Shown here: in pieces, positions 12,101 to 27,073 of the stretch
Position numbering within the stretch: position 1 is the stretch's first letter
Layout of the letters: the number at the start of each line of letters is the position of its first letter
Assembly (NCBI RefSeq): GCF_009914755.1
Contig: NC_060939.1
Direction: 5' to 3' (one strand)
Source of the DNA: the human T2T-CHM13v2.0 reference genome, Homo sapiens
DNA: 64,000 bases
Notes under the pieces: model-generated
Told to the model about the DNA's origin: nothing
The model's database searches: none
What the model saw: only the letters and a program-made list of their open reading frames with translations
Translations under genes and position numbers: made by a program

Positions 12101-15100
12101 CAATCAAAACATAGGTTCAACACTGTGAGTTGAATGCATACATCGCAAAGAAGTTTCACAGAGTACTTCTGGGTGGTTTTTATTTGAAGATATTTCCCTT
12201 TCCACAATAGGCCTCAAAGCTTTCCAAATGTCCACTTGCAGATTCCACCAAAAGAGTGTTTCGAAACTGCTCAATCAAAAGAAAGGTTCTACTCTGTGGG
12301 ATGAATGCACACATCACAAAGTAGTTTCTCAGAATGCTTCTGTGTAGTTTTTATGTGAAGATATTTGTTTTTCCACAGTAGGCCCCAAAGAGCTCCAAAT
12401 ATTCACTTGCAGATTCTACAAAAAGAGTGTTCCAAAACTGCTCAATCATGAAATAGGATCAACCCTGTGAGATGAATGTACGTATGACAGAGAAGTTTCT
12501 CAGAATGCTTCTGTGTAGTTTTTATGCGAAGATATTCGATTTTCCACAGTACGCCTCAAAGTTCTCCAATTATCCACTCGTAGATTCTGCAAAAAGAGAG
12601 ACTCAAAACTGCTCAATCAAAAGATAGTTTCTACTCCATTAGCTGAAGGACCACATCACAAAAAAAGTTTCTCAGGATGCTTCTGTGTAGTTTTTATGTG
12701 AAGATATTTGGTTTTCCACAGTAGGCCTCAAAGCGCTCCAAATATCCACTCACAGATTCTGCAAAAAGAGAGATTCAAAACTGCTGAATCAAAAGACAGT
12801 TTCAACTCTGTGACTTCAGTGCACACCTCACAAGGATGTTTCTCAGAATGCTTCTGTGTAGTTTTTATATAAAGATATCTCCTTCTCCAAAATGGATCTC
12901 AAAGTTCTCCAAATATTCACTTCCAGATTCTATGGAAAGATTGTCTCAAAACTGCTCAATCAAACCAAAGGTTCAACTCTGTGAGATGAATGCCCACATC
13001 ACAAAGAAGTTTCTCAGAGTACTTCTGTGTAGTTTCTATTTGAGGATAGTTCCTTTTCCACCACAGACCAGAAAGGGCTCCAAATATCCATTGCAGATGG
13101 TACAAAAAGTGAGATTCAAAACTGCTCAATCCAAAGGTAGTTTCAACCATGTGATATGAATGCACACAGCACAGAGAATTTTCTCAAAATGCGTCTGTCT
13201 AGTTTTTATTTGAAGATATTTCCTTTTCTACCATAGGCCACAAACGTCTCCAAATATCCACATGCAGCTTCTACAAAAAGAGAGATTCAAAACTTCTCAA
13301 TCAAAAGATAGGTTCAACTCTGTGAGTTGAAAGCACACCTCACAAAGAAGTTTCTCAGAGTGCTTCTGTGTGTTTTTATGTGAAGATATTTCCTTTTCCA
13401 CAATAGGCCTCAAAGCTCTCCAAATATCTGCGAGCAGAGTCTACAAAATGAGAGATTCAAAACTGCTCAATGAAAAGATAGGTTCAACTCTGTGAGTTGA
13501 ATGCACACCTCCAAAGAAGTTTCTCAGAATGCTTCCGTGTAGTTTTTATGTGAAGATATTTACTTTTCCACAGTTGTCCCAAAGCTCTAAAATGTCCACT
13601 TGCAGACCCTCCAAAAGAGTGTTTCAGAATTGCTCAATCAAAGGGAAGGTTCAATTCTGTGTGACCAATGCACTCATCACAAAGAAGTTTGTCTGAATGC
13701 TTCTGTGTAGAATTGATTTGAAGATAATTCCTTTTCCACCACAGTCCGCAAAGGGCTAAAAATATCCACTTGCCGATTCCACAAAAAGAGAGATTCAAAA
13801 CTGCTCAATCACAAGATAGGTTCAACTTGGTAATTGGAAAGCACACATGACAAACAATTTCTGAGAATGTTTCTGTGTAGTTTTTAAGGGAAGATATTTG
13901 ATTTTCAAATGTAGGCCTCAAATCGCTCCAAATATCCACTTGCATATTGTACAAAAAGAGAGATTCAAAACTGGTCACTCAAAAGTTAGGTCCAGCTCTG
14001 TGAGCTGAATGCACACATCACAAAGATGTTTCTCAGAAGGTTTCTGTATAGTTTTTATATGAAGATATTGGCTTTTCCACAATATGCCTCAAATCTCCCC
14101 AATTATCCACTTGCAGATTCTAGGAAAAGAGTGTTTCAAAACAGCTCAATCAAAATAAACTTTCAACTCTGTGAGATCAATGCACACATCACAAAGAAGT
14201 TTCTCAGAATGCTTCTGTGTAGTTTTTTTTGTGAAGATATTTGATTTTCCACAGCAGGCTTCCAAGCACTCCAAATATCCACTCGCAGATTCTGCAAAAA
14301 GAGAGATTCAAATCTGCTGAATCAAAAGATAGGTTTAACTCTGTGACTTCAATGCACACCTCACAAGGGTGTTTCTCAGAAAGCTTCTGTGTAGTTTTTA
14401 TATGAAGATATCTCCTTCTCCAAAGCAGGTCTCAAAGCCCTCCAAATATTCACTTCAAGATTCTACGGAAAGATTGTCTCAACACTGCTAAATCTAAACA
14501 AATGTTCAACTCTGTGTGATGAATGCACTCATCACAGAGAAGTTTCTCTGAATGCCTCTGTGTAGTTTTTATTTGAAGATATTTGCTTTTCCAGTATAGG
14601 GCGAAATAGGGCTCCAAATATTCACTTGCAGATTCTACAAAAGGAGAGATTCCAAACTGCTCAATCAAAACATAGGTTCAACACTGTGAGTTGAATGCAC
14701 ACATCACAAAGAAGTTTCACAGAGTGCTTCTGGGTAGTTTTTATTTGAGGATATTTCCCTTTCCACAATAGGCCTCAAAGCTTTCCAAATATCCACTTGC
14801 AGATTCTGCAAAAAGAGAGATACAAAACTGCTCTATCAAAAGATAGATTCGACTCTGTGAGTTGAATGCCAACATCGCAAAGAAGTTTCTCAGAATGCTT
14901 CTCTGCAGCTTTTTTGTGAGTATGTTTCGTTTTCCACCATAGGGCGAAATGGGGCTCCAAATATCCACTTGCATTTCCTACAAAAAGAGAGATTCTAAGC
15001 TGCTCAATCAAAACATTGTTTCAACACGGTTAGTTGAATGCACACATCCCAAAGATGTTTTTCAGAGTGCTTCTGTGTGGTTTTTATGTGAAGATACTTC

Positions 15101-18100
15101 CTTTTCCACAATAGGCCTCAAATCTCTGTAAATATCCACTTGCAGACTCTACAAAGAGTGTTTCCAAACTCCTCAATCATAAGATAGGTTCAACTCCGAT
15201 AGTTGAATGCACACATCACAAAGAAGTTTCTCAGAAAGCTTCTGTGTAGTTTTTGATGAAGATATCTTCTTCTCTAAAACAGAACTCCAAGCCCTCCAAA
15301 TATTCACTTCAAGATTCTACGGAAAGATTGTCTCAAACTGCTAAATCAAAACAAAGGTTCAACTCTGTGTGATGAATGCATTCATCACAAAGAAGTTTCT
15401 CTGAGTGCTTCTGTGCAGTTTTTATTTGAAGATAATTGCTTTTCCAGTATAGGGCGAAATAGGGCTCCAAATATTCACTTGCAGATTCTACAGAAAGAGA
15501 GATTCCAAACTGCTCAATCAAAACATAGGTTCAACACTGTGAGTTGAATGCATACATCGCAAAGAAGTTTCACAGAGTACTTCTGGGTGGTTTTTATTTG
15601 AAGATATTTCCCTTTCCACAATAGGCCTCAAAGCTTTCCAAATGTCCACTTGCAGATTCCACCAAAAGAGTGTTTCGAAACTGCTCAATCAAAAGAAAGG
15701 TTCTACTCTGTGGGATGAATGCACACATCACAAAGTAGTTTCTCAGAATGCTTCTGTGTAGTTTTTATGTGAAGATATTTGTTTTTCCACAGTAGGCCCC
15801 AAAGAGCTCCAAATATTCACTTGCAGATTCTACAAAAAGAGTGTTCCAAAACTGCTCAATCATGAAATAGGATCAACCCTGTGAGATGAATGTACGTATG
15901 ACAGAGAAGTTTCTCAGAATGCTTCTGTGTAGTTTTTATGCGAAGATATTCGATTTTCCACAGTACGCCTCAAAGTTCTCCAATTATCCACTCGTAGATC
16001 CTGCAAAAAGAGAGACTCAAAACTGCTCAATCAAAAGATAGTTTCTACTCCATTAGCTGAAAGACCACATCACAAAAAAAGTTTCTCAGGATGCTTCTGT
16101 GTAGTTTTTATGTGAAGATATTTGGTTTTCCACAGTAGGCCTCAAAGCGCTCCAAATATCCACTCACAGATTCTGCAAAAAGAGAGATTCAAAACTGCTG
16201 AATCAAAAGACAGTTTCAACTCTGTGACTTCAGTGCACACCTCACAAGGATGTTTCTCAGAATGCTTCTGTGTAGTTTTTATATAAAGATATCTCCTTCT
16301 CCAAAATGGATCTCAAAGTTCTCCAAATATTCACTTCCAGATTCTATGGAAAGATTGTCTCAAAACTGCTCAATCAAACCAAAGGTTCAACTCTGTGAGA
16401 TGAATGCCCACATCACAAAGAAGTTTCTCAGAGTACTTCTGTGTAGTTTCTATTTGAGGATAGTTCCTTTTCCACCACAGACCAGAAAGGGCTCCAAATA
16501 TCCATTGCAGATGGTACAAAAAGTGAGATTCAAAACTGCTCAATCCAAAGGTAGTTTCAACCATGTGATATGAATGCACACAGCACAGAGAATTTTCTCA
16601 AAATGCGTCTGTCTAGTTTTTATTTGAAGATATTTCCTTTTCTACCATAGGCCACAAACGTCTCCAAATATCCACATGCAGCTTCTACAAAAAGAGAGAT
16701 TCAAAACTTCTCAATCAAAAGATAGGTTCAACTCTGTGAGTTGAAAGCACACCTCACAAAGAAGTTTCTCAGAGTGCTTCTGTGTGTTTTTATGTGAAGA
16801 TATTTCCTTTTCCACAATAGGCCTCAAAGCTCTCCAAATATCTGCGAGCAGAGTCTACAAAATGAGAGATTCAAAACTGCTCAATGAAAAGATAGGTTCA
16901 ACTCTGTGAGTTGAATGCACACCTCCAAAGAAGTTTCTCAGAATGCTTCCGTGTAGTTTTTATGTGAAGATATTTACTTTTCCACAGTTGTCCCAAAGCT
17001 CTAAAATGTCCACTTGCAGACCCTCCAAAAGAGTGTTTCAGAATTGCTCAATCAAAGGGAAGGTTCAATTCTGTGTGACCAATGCACTCATCACAAAGAA
17101 GTTTGTCTGAATGCTTCTGTGTAGAATTGATTTGAAGATAATTCCTTTTCCACCACAGTCCGCAAAGGGCTAAAAATATCCACTTGCCGATTCCACAAAA
17201 AGAGAGATTCAAAACTGCTCAATCACAAGATAGGTTCAACTTGGTAATTGGAAAGCACACATGACAAACAATTTCTGAGAATGTTTCTGTGTAGTTTTTA
17301 AGGGAAGATATTTGATTTTCAAATGTAGGCCTCAAATCGCTCCAAATATCCACTTGCATATTGTACAAAAAGAGAGATTCAAAACTGGTCACTCAAAAGT
17401 TAGGTCCAGCTCTGTGAGCTGAATGCACACATCACAAAGATGTTTCTCAGAAGGTTTCTGTATAGTTTCTATATGAAGATATTTGCTTTTCCACAATATG
17501 CCTCAAATCTCCCCAATTATCCACTTGCAGATTCTAGAAAAAGAGTGTTTCAAAACAGCTCAATCAAAATAAACTTTCAACTCTGTGAGATCAATGCACA
17601 CATCACAAAGAAGTTTCTCAGAATGCTTCTGTGTAGTTTTTTTTGTGAAGATATTTGATTTTCCACAGCAGGCTTCCAAGCACTCCAAATATCCACTCGC
17701 AGATTCTGCAAAAAGCGAGATTCAAATCTGCTGAATCAAAAGATAGGTTTAACTCTGTGACTTCAATGCACACCTCACAAGGGTGTTTCTCAGAAAGCTT
17801 CTGTGTAGTTTTTATATGAAGATATCTCCTTCTCCAAAGCAGGTCTCAAAGCCCTCCAAATATTCACTTCAAGATTCTACGGAAAGATTGTCTCAACACT
17901 GCTAAATCTAAACAAATGTTCAACTCTGTGTGATGAATGCACTCATCACAGAGAAGTTTCTCTGAATGCCTCTGTGTAGTTTTTATTTGAAGATATTTGC
18001 TTTTCCAGTATAGGGCGAAATAGGGCTCCAAATATTCACTTGCAGATTCTACAAAAGGAGAGATTCCAAACTGCTCAATCAAAACATAGGTTCAACACTG

Positions 18101-21100
18101 TGAGTTGAATGCACACATCACAAAGAAGTTTCACAGAGTGCTTCTGGGTAGTTTTTATTTGAGGATATTTCCCTTTCCACAATAGGCCTCAAAGCTTTCC
18201 AAATATCCACTTGCAGATTCTGCAAAAAGAGAGATACAAAACTGCTCTATCAAAAGATAGATTCGACTCTGTGAGTTGAATGCCAACATCGCAAAGAAGT
18301 TTCTCAGAATGCTTCTCTGCAGCTTTTTTGTGAGTATGTTTCGTTTTCCACCATAGGGCGAAATGGGGCTCCAAATATCCACTTGCATTTCCTACAAAAA
18401 GAGAGATTCTAAGCTGCTCAATCAAAACATTGTTTCAACACGGTTAGTTGAATGCACACATCCCAAAGATGTTTTTCAGAGTGCTTCTGTGTGGTTTTTA
18501 TGTGAAGATACTTCCTTTTCCACAATAGGCCTCAAATCTCTGTAAATATCCACTTGCAGACTCTACAAAGAGTGTTTCCAAACTCCTCAATCATAAGATA
18601 GGTTCAACTCCGATAGTTGAATGCACACATCACAAAGAAGTTTCTCAGAAAGCTTCTGTGTAGTTTTTGATGAAGATATCTTCTTCTCTAAAACAGAACT
18701 CCAAGCCCTCCAAATATTCACTTCAAGATTCTACGGAAAGATTGTCTCAAACTGCTAAATCAAAACAAAGGTTCAACTCTGTGTGATGAATGCATTCATC
18801 ACAAAGAAGTTTCTCTGAGTGCTTCTGTGCAGTTTTTATTTGAAGATAATTGCTTTTCCAGTATAGGGCGAAATAGGGCTCCAAATATTCACTTGCAGAT
18901 TCTACAAAAAGAGAGATTCCAAACTGCTCAATCAAAACATAGGTTCAACACTGTGAGTTGAATGCATACATCGCAAAGAAGTTTCACAGAGTACTTCTGG
19001 GTGGTTTTTATTTGAAGATATTTCCCTTTCCACAATAGGCCTCAAAGCTTTCCAAATGTCCACTTGCAGATTCCACCAAAAGAATGTTTCGAAACTGCTC
19101 AATCAAAAGAAAGGTTCTACTCTGTGGGATGAATGCACACATCACAAAGTAGTTTCTCAGAATGCTTCTGTGTAGTTTTTATGTGAAGATATTTGTTTTT
19201 CCACAGTAGGCCCCAAAGAGCTCCAAATATTCACTTGCAGATTCTACAAAAAGAGTGTTCCAAAACTGCTCAATCATGAAATAGGATCAACCCTGTGTGA
19301 TGAATGTACTTATGACAGAGAAGTTTCTCAGAATGCTTCTGTGTAGTTTTTATGCGAAGATATTCGATTTTCCACAGTACGCCTCAAAGTTCTCCAATTA
19401 TCCACTCGTAGATTCTGCAAAAAGAGAGATTCAAAACTGCTCAATCAAAAGATAGTTTCTACTCCATTAGCTGAAAGACCACATCACAAAAAAAGTTTCT
19501 CAGGATGCTTCTGTGTAGTTTTTATGTGAAGATATTTGGTTTTCCACAGTAGGCCTCAAAGCGCTCCAAATATCCACTCACAGATTCTGCAAAAAGAGAG
19601 ATTCAAAACTGCTGAATCAAAAGACAGTTTCAACTCTGTGACTTCAGTGCACACCTCACAAGGATGTTTCTCAGAATGCTTCTGTGTAGTTTTTATATAA
19701 AGATATCTCCTTCTCCAAAATGGATCTCAAAGTTCTCCAAATATTCACTTCCAGATTCTATGGAAAGATTGTCTCAAAACTGCTCAATCAAACCAAAGGT
19801 TCAACTCTGTGAGATGAATGCACACATCACAAAGAAGTTTCTCAGAGTACTTCTGTGTAGTTTCTATTTGAGGATAGTTCCTTTTCCACCACAGACCAGA
19901 AAGGGCTCCAAATATCCATTGCAGATGGTACAAAAAGTGAGATTCAAAACTGCTCAATCCAAAGGTAGTTTCAACCATGTGATATGAATGCACACAGCAC
20001 AGAGAATTTTCTCAAAATGCGTCTGTCTAGTTTTTATTTGAAGATATTTCCTTTTCTACCATAGGCCACAAACGTCTCCAAATATCCACATGCAGCTTCT
20101 ACAAAAAGAGAGATTCAAAACTTCTCAATCAAAAGATAGGTTCAACTCTGTGAGTTGAAAGCACACCTCACAGAGAAGTTTCTCAGAGTGCTTCTGTGTG
20201 TTTTTATGTGAAGATATTTCCTTTTCCACAATAGGCCTCAAAGCTCTCCAAATATCTGCGAGCAGAGTCTACAAAATGAGAGATTCAAAACTGCTCAATG
20301 AAAAGATAGGTTCAACTCTGTGAGTTGAATGCACACCTCCAAAGAAGTTTCTCAGAATGCTTCCGTGTAGTTTTTATGTGAAGATATTTACTTTTCCACA
20401 GTTGTCCCAAAGCTCTAAAATGTCCACTTGCAGACCCTCCAAAAGAGTGTTTCAGAATTGCTCAATCAAAGGGAAGGTTCAATTCTGTGTGACCAATGCA
20501 CTCATCACAAAGAAGTTTGTCTGAATGCTTCTGTGTAGAATTGATTTGAAGATAATTCCTTTTCCACCACAGTCTGCAAAGGGCTAAAAATATCCACTTG
20601 CCGATTCCACAAAAAGAGAGATTCAAAACTGCTCAATCACAAGATAGGTTCAACTTGGTAATTGGAAAGCACACATGACAAACAATTTCTGAGAATGTTT
20701 CTGTGTAGTTTTTAAGGGAAGATATTTGATTTTCAAATGTAGGCCTCAAATCGCTCCAAATATCCACTTGCATATTGTACAAAAAGAGAGATTCAAAACT
20801 GGTCACTCAAAAGTTAGGTCCAGCTCTGTGAGCTGAATGCACACATCACAAAGATGTTTCTCAGAAGGTTTCTGTATAGTTTTTATATGAAGATATTTGC
20901 TTTTCCACAATATGCCTCAAATCTCCCCAATTATCCACTTGCAGATTCTAGAAAAAGAGTGTTTCAAAACAGCTCAATCAAAATAAACTTTCAACTCTGT
21001 GAGATCAATGCACACATCACAAAGAAGTTTCTCAGAATGCTTCTGTGTAGTTTTTTTTGTGAAGATATTTGATTTTCCACAGCAGGCTTCCAAGCACTCC

Positions 21101-24100
21101 AAATATCCACTCGCAGATTCTGCAAAAAGAGAGATTCAAATCTGCTGAATCAAAAGATAGGTTTAACTCTGTGACTTCAATGCACACCTCACAAGGGTGT
21201 TTCTCAGAAAGCTTCTGTGTAGTTTTTATATGAAGATATCTCCTTCTCCAAAGCAGGTCTCAAAGCCCTCCAAATATTCACTTCAAGATTCTACGGAAAG
21301 ATTGTCTCAACACTGCTAAATCTAAACAAATGTTCAACTCTGTGTGATGAATGCACTCATCACAGAGAAGTTTCTCTGAATGCCTCTGTGTAGTTTTTAT
21401 TTGAAGATATTTGCTTTTCCAGTATAGGGCGAAATAGGGCTCCAAATATTCACTTGCAGATTCTACAAAAGGAGAGATTCCAAACTGCTCAATCAAAACA
21501 TAGGTTCAACACTGTGAGTTGAATGCACACATCACAAAGAAGTTTCACAGAGTGCTTCTGGGTAGTTTTTATTTGAGGATATTTCCCTTTCCACAATAGG
21601 CCTCAAAGCTTTCCAAATATCCACTTGCAGATTCTGCAAAAAGAGAGATACAAAACTGCTCTATCAAAAGATAGATTCGACTCTGTGAGTTGAATGCCAA
21701 CATCGCAAAGAAGTTTCTCAGAATGCTTCTCTGCAGCTTTTTTGTGAGTATGTTTCGTTTTCCACCATAGGGCGAAATGGGGCTCCAAATATCCACTTGC
21801 ATTTCCTACAAAAAGAGAGATTCTAAGCTGCTCAATCAAAACATTGTTTCAACACGGTTAGTTGAATGCACACATCCCAAAGATGTTTTTCAGAGTGCTT
21901 CTGTGTGGTTTTTATGTGAAGATACTTCCTTTTCCACAATAGGCCTCAAATCTCTGTAAATATCCACTTGCAGACTCTACAAAGAGTGTTTCCAAACTCC
22001 TCAATCATAAGATAGGTTCAACTCCGATAGTTGAATGCACACATCACAAAGAAGTTTCTCAGAAAGCTTCTGTGTAGTTTTTGATGAAGATATCTTCTTC
22101 TCTAAAACAGAACTCCAAGCCCTCCAAATATTCACTTCAAGATTCTACGGAAAGATTGTCTCAAACTGCTAAATCAAAACAAAGGTTCAACTCTGTGTGA
22201 TGAATGCATTCATCACAAAGAAGTTTCTCTGAGTGCTTCTGTGCAGTTTTTATTTGAAGATAATTGCTTTTCCAGTATAGGACGAAATAGGGCTCCAAAT
22301 ATTCACTTGCAGATTCTACAGAAAGAGAGATTCCAAACTGCTCAATCAAAACATAGGTTCAACACTGTGAGTTGAATGCATACATCGCAAAGAAGTTTCA
22401 CAGAGTACTTCTGGGTGGTTTTTATTTGAAGATATTTCCCTTTCCACAATAGGCCTCAAAGCTTTCCAAATGTCCACTTGCAGATTCCACCAAAAGAGTG
22501 TTTCGAAACTGCTCAATCAAAAGAAAGGTTCTACTCTGTGGGATGAATGCACACATCACAAAGTAGTTTCTCAGAATGCTTCTGTGTAGTTTTTATGTGA
22601 AGATATTTGTTTTTCCACAGTAGGCCCCAAAGAGCTCCAAATATTCACTTGCAGATTCTACAAAAAGAGTGTTCCAAAACTGCTCAATCATGAAATAGGA
22701 TCAACCCTGTGAGATGAATGTACGTATGACAGAGAAGTTTCTCAGAATGCTTCTGTGTAGTTTTTATGCGAAGATATTCGATTTTCCACAGTACGCCTCA
22801 AAGTTCTCCAATTATCCACTCGTAGATTCTGCAAAAAGAGAGATTCAAAACTGCTCAATCAAAAGATAGTTTCTACTCCATTAGCTGAAAGACCACATCA
22901 CAAAAAAAGTTTCTCAGGATGCTTCTGTGTAGTTTTTATGTGAAGATATTTGGTTTTCCACAGTAGGCCTCAAAGCGCTCCAAATATCCACTCACAGATT
23001 CTGCAAAAAGAGAGATTCAAAACTGCTGAATCAAAAGACAGTTTCAACTCTGTGACTTCAGTGCACACCTCACAAGGATGTTTCTCAGAATGCTTCTGTG
23101 TAGTTTTTATATAAAGATATCTCCTTCTCCAAAATGGATCTCAAAGTTCTCCAAATATTCACTTCCAGATTCTATGGAAAGATTGTCTCAAAACTGCTCA
23201 ATCAAACCAAAGGTTCAACTCTGTGAGATGAATGCCCACATCACAAAGAAGTTTCTCAGAGTACTTCTGTGTAGTTTCTATTTGAGGATAGTTCCTTTTC
23301 CACCACAGACCAGAAAGGGCTCCAAATATCCATTGCAGATGGTACAAAAAGTGAGATTCAAAACTGCTCAATCCAAAGGTAGTTTCAACCATGTGATATG
23401 AATGCACACAGCACAGAGAATTTTCTCAAAATGCGTCTGTCTAGTTTTTATTTGAAGATATTTCCTTTTCTACCATAGGCCACAAACGTCTCCAAATATC
23501 CACATGCAGCTTCTACAAAAAGAGAGATTCAAAACTTCTCAATCAAAAGATAGGTTCAACTCTGTGAGTTGAAAGCACACCTCACAGAGAAGTTTCTCAG
23601 AGTGCTTCTGTGTGTTTTTATGTGAAGATATTTCCTTTTCCACAATAGGCCTCAAAGCTCTCCAAATATCTGCGAGCAGAGTCTACAAAATGAGAGATTC
23701 AAAACTGCTCAATGAAAAGATAGGTTCAACTCTGTGAGTTGAATGCACACCTCCAAAGAAGTTTCTCAGAATGCTTCCGTGTAGTTTTTATGTGAAGATA
23801 TTTACTTTTCCACAGTTGTCCCAAAGCTCTAAAATGTCCACTTGCAGACCCTCCAAAAGAGTGTTTCAGAATTGCTCAATCAAAGGGAAGGTTCAATTCT
23901 GTGTGACCAATGCACTCATCACAAAGAAGTTTGTCTGAATGCTTCTGTGTAGAATTGATTTGAAGATAATTCCTTTTCCACCACAGTCCGCAAAGGGCTA
24001 AAAATATCCACTTGCCGATTCCACAAAAAGAGAGATTCAAAACTGCTCAATCACAAGATAGGTTCAACTTGGTAATTGGAAAGCACACATGACAAACAAT

Positions 24101-25024
24101 TTCTGAGAATGTTTCTGTGTAGTTTTTAAGGGAAGATATTTGATTTTCAAATGTAGGCCTCAAATCACTCCAAATATCCACTTGCATATTGTACAAAAAG
24201 AGAGATTCAAAACTGGTCACTCAAAAGTTAGGTCCAGCTCTGTGAGCTGAATGCACACATCACAAAGATGTTTCTCAGAAGGTTTCTGTATAGTTTCTAT
24301 ATGAAGATATTTGCTTTTCCACAATATGCCTCAAATCTCCCCAATTATCCACTTGCAGATTCTAGAAAAAGAGTGTTTCAAAACAGCTCAATCAAAATAA
24401 ACTTTCAACTCTGTGAGATCAATGCACACATCACAAAGAAGTTTCTCAGAATGCTTCTGTGTAGTTTTTTTTGTGAAGATATTTGATTTTCCACAGCAGG
24501 CTTCCAAGCACTCCAAATATCCACTCGCAGATTCTGCAAAAAGAGAGATTCAAATCTGCTGAATCAAAAGATAGGTTTAACTCTGTGACTTCAATGCACA
24601 CCTCACAAGGGTGTTTCTCAGAAAGCTTCTGTGTAGTTTTTATATGAAGATATCTCCTTCTCCAAAGCAGGTCTCAAAGCCCTCCAAATATTCACTTCAA
24701 GATTCTACGGAAAGATTGTCTCAACACTGCTAAATCTAAACAAATGTTCAACTCTGTGTGATGAATGCACTCATCACAGAGAAGTTTCTCTGAATGCCTC
24801 TGTGTAGTTTTTATTTGAAGATATTTGCTTTTCCAGTATAGGGCGAAATAGGGCTCCAAATATTCACTTGCAGATTCTACAAAAGGAGAGATTCCAAACT
24901 GCTCAATCAAAACATAGGTTCAACACTGTGAGTTGAATGCACACATCACAAAGAAGTTTCACAGAGTGCTTCTGGGTAGTTTTTATTTGAGGATATTTCC
25001 CTTTCCACAATAGGCCTCAAAGCT

Positions 25025-27073
25025 TTCCAAATATCCACTTGCAGATTCTGCAAAAAGAGAGATACAAAACTGCTCTATCAAAAGATAGATTCGACTCTGT
25101 GAGTTGAATGCCAACATCGCAAAGAAGTTTCTCAGAATGCTTCTCTGCAGCTTTTTTGTGAGTATGTTTCGTTTTCCACCATAGGGCGAAATGGGGCTCC
25201 AAATATCCACTTGCATTTCCTACAAAAAGAGAGATTCTAAGCTGCTCAATCAAAACATTGTTTCAACACGGTTAGTTGAATGCACACATCCCAAAGATGT
25301 TTTTCAGAGTGCTTCTGTGTGGTTTTTATGTGAAGATACTTCCTTTTCCACAATAGGCCTCAAATCTCTGTAAATATCCACTTGCAGACTCTACAAAGAG
25401 TGTTTCCAAACTCCTCAATCATAAGATAGGTTCAACTCCGATAGTTGAATGCACACATCACAAAGAAGTTTCTCAGAAAGCTTCTGTGTAGTTTTTGATG
25501 AAGATATCTTCTTCTCTAAAACAGAACTCCAAGCCCTCCAAATATTCACTTCAAGATTCTACGGAAAGATTGTCTCAAACTGCTAAATCAAAACAAAGGT
25601 TCAACTCTGTGTGATGAATGCATTCATCACAAAGAAGTTTCTCTGAGTGCTTCTGTGCAGTTTTTATTTGAAGATAATTGCTTTTCCAGTATAGGGCGAA
25701 ATAGGGCTCCAAATATTCACTTGCAGATTCTACAGAAAGAGAGATTCCAAACTGCTCAATCAAAACATAGGTTCAACACTGTGAGTTGAATGCATACATC
25801 GCAAAGAAGTTTCACAGAGTACTTCTGGGTGGTTTTTATTTGAAGATATTTCCCTTTCCACAATAGGCCTCAAAGCTTTCCAAATGTCCACTTGCAGATT
25901 CCACCAAAAGAGTGTTTCGAAACTGCTCAATCAAAAGAAAGGTTCTACTCTGTGGGATGAATGCACACATCACAAAGTAGTTTCTCAGAATGCTTCTGTG
26001 TAGTTTTTATGTGAAGATATTTGTTTTTCCACAGTAGGCCCCAAAGAGCTCCAAATATTCACTTGCAGATTCTACAAAAAGAGTGTTCCAAAACTGCTCA
26101 ATCATGAAATAGGATCAACCCTGTGAGATGAATGTACGTATGACAGAGAAGTTTCTCAGAATGCTTCTGTGTAGTTTTTATGCGAAGATATTCGACTTTC
26201 CACAGTACGCCTCAAAGTTCTCCAATTATCCACTCGTAGATCCTGCAAAAAGAGAGATTCAAAACTGCTCAATCAAAAGATAGTTTCTACTCCATTAGCT
26301 GAAAGACCACATCACAAAAAAAGTTTCTCAGGATGCTTCTGTGTAGTTTTTATGTGAAGATATTTGGTTTTCCACAGTAGGCCTCAAAGCGCTCCAAATA
26401 TCCACTCACAGATTCTGCAAAAAGAGAGATTCAAAACTGCTGAATCAAAAGACAGTTTCAACTCTGTGACTTCAGTGCACACCTCACAAGGATGTTTCTC
26501 AGAATGCTTCTGTGTAGTTTTTATATAAAGATATCTCCTTCTCCAAAATGGATCTCAAAGTTCTCCAAATATTCACTTCCAGATTCTATGGAAAGATTGT
26601 CTCAAAACTGCTCAATCAAACCAAAGGTTCAACTCTGTGAGATGAATGCCCACATCACAAAGAAGTTTCTCAGAGTACTTCTGTGTAGTTTCTATTTGAG
26701 GATAGTTCCTTTTCCACCACAGACCAGAAAGGGCTCCAAATATCCATTGCAGATGGTACAAAAAGTGAGATTCAAAACTGCTCAATCCAAAGGTAGTTTC
26801 AACCATGTGATATGAATGCACACAGCACAGAGAATTTTCTCAAAATGCGTCTGTCTAGTTTTTATTTGAAGATATTTCCTTTTCTACCATAGGCCACAAA
26901 CGTCTCCAAATATCCACATGCAGCTTCTACAAAAAGAGAGATTCAAAACTTCTCAATCAAAAGATAGGTTCAACTCTGTGAGTTGAAAGCACACCTCACA
27001 GAGAAGTTTCTCAGAGTGCTTCTGTGTGTTTTTATGTGAAGATATTTCCTTTTCCACAATAGGCCTCAAAGCT
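25025..27073 (-). repeat. 12-monomer (2049-bp) HOR structural variant, copy 1
   Basis: Marker spacing 26492->28541 is 2049 bp, so 1365 bp (8 monomers) are missing. A hybrid monomer joins within TTTCCACAATAGGCCTCAAAGCT at 27051-27073. The unit phase is defined from the junction. Confidence 0.95.
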
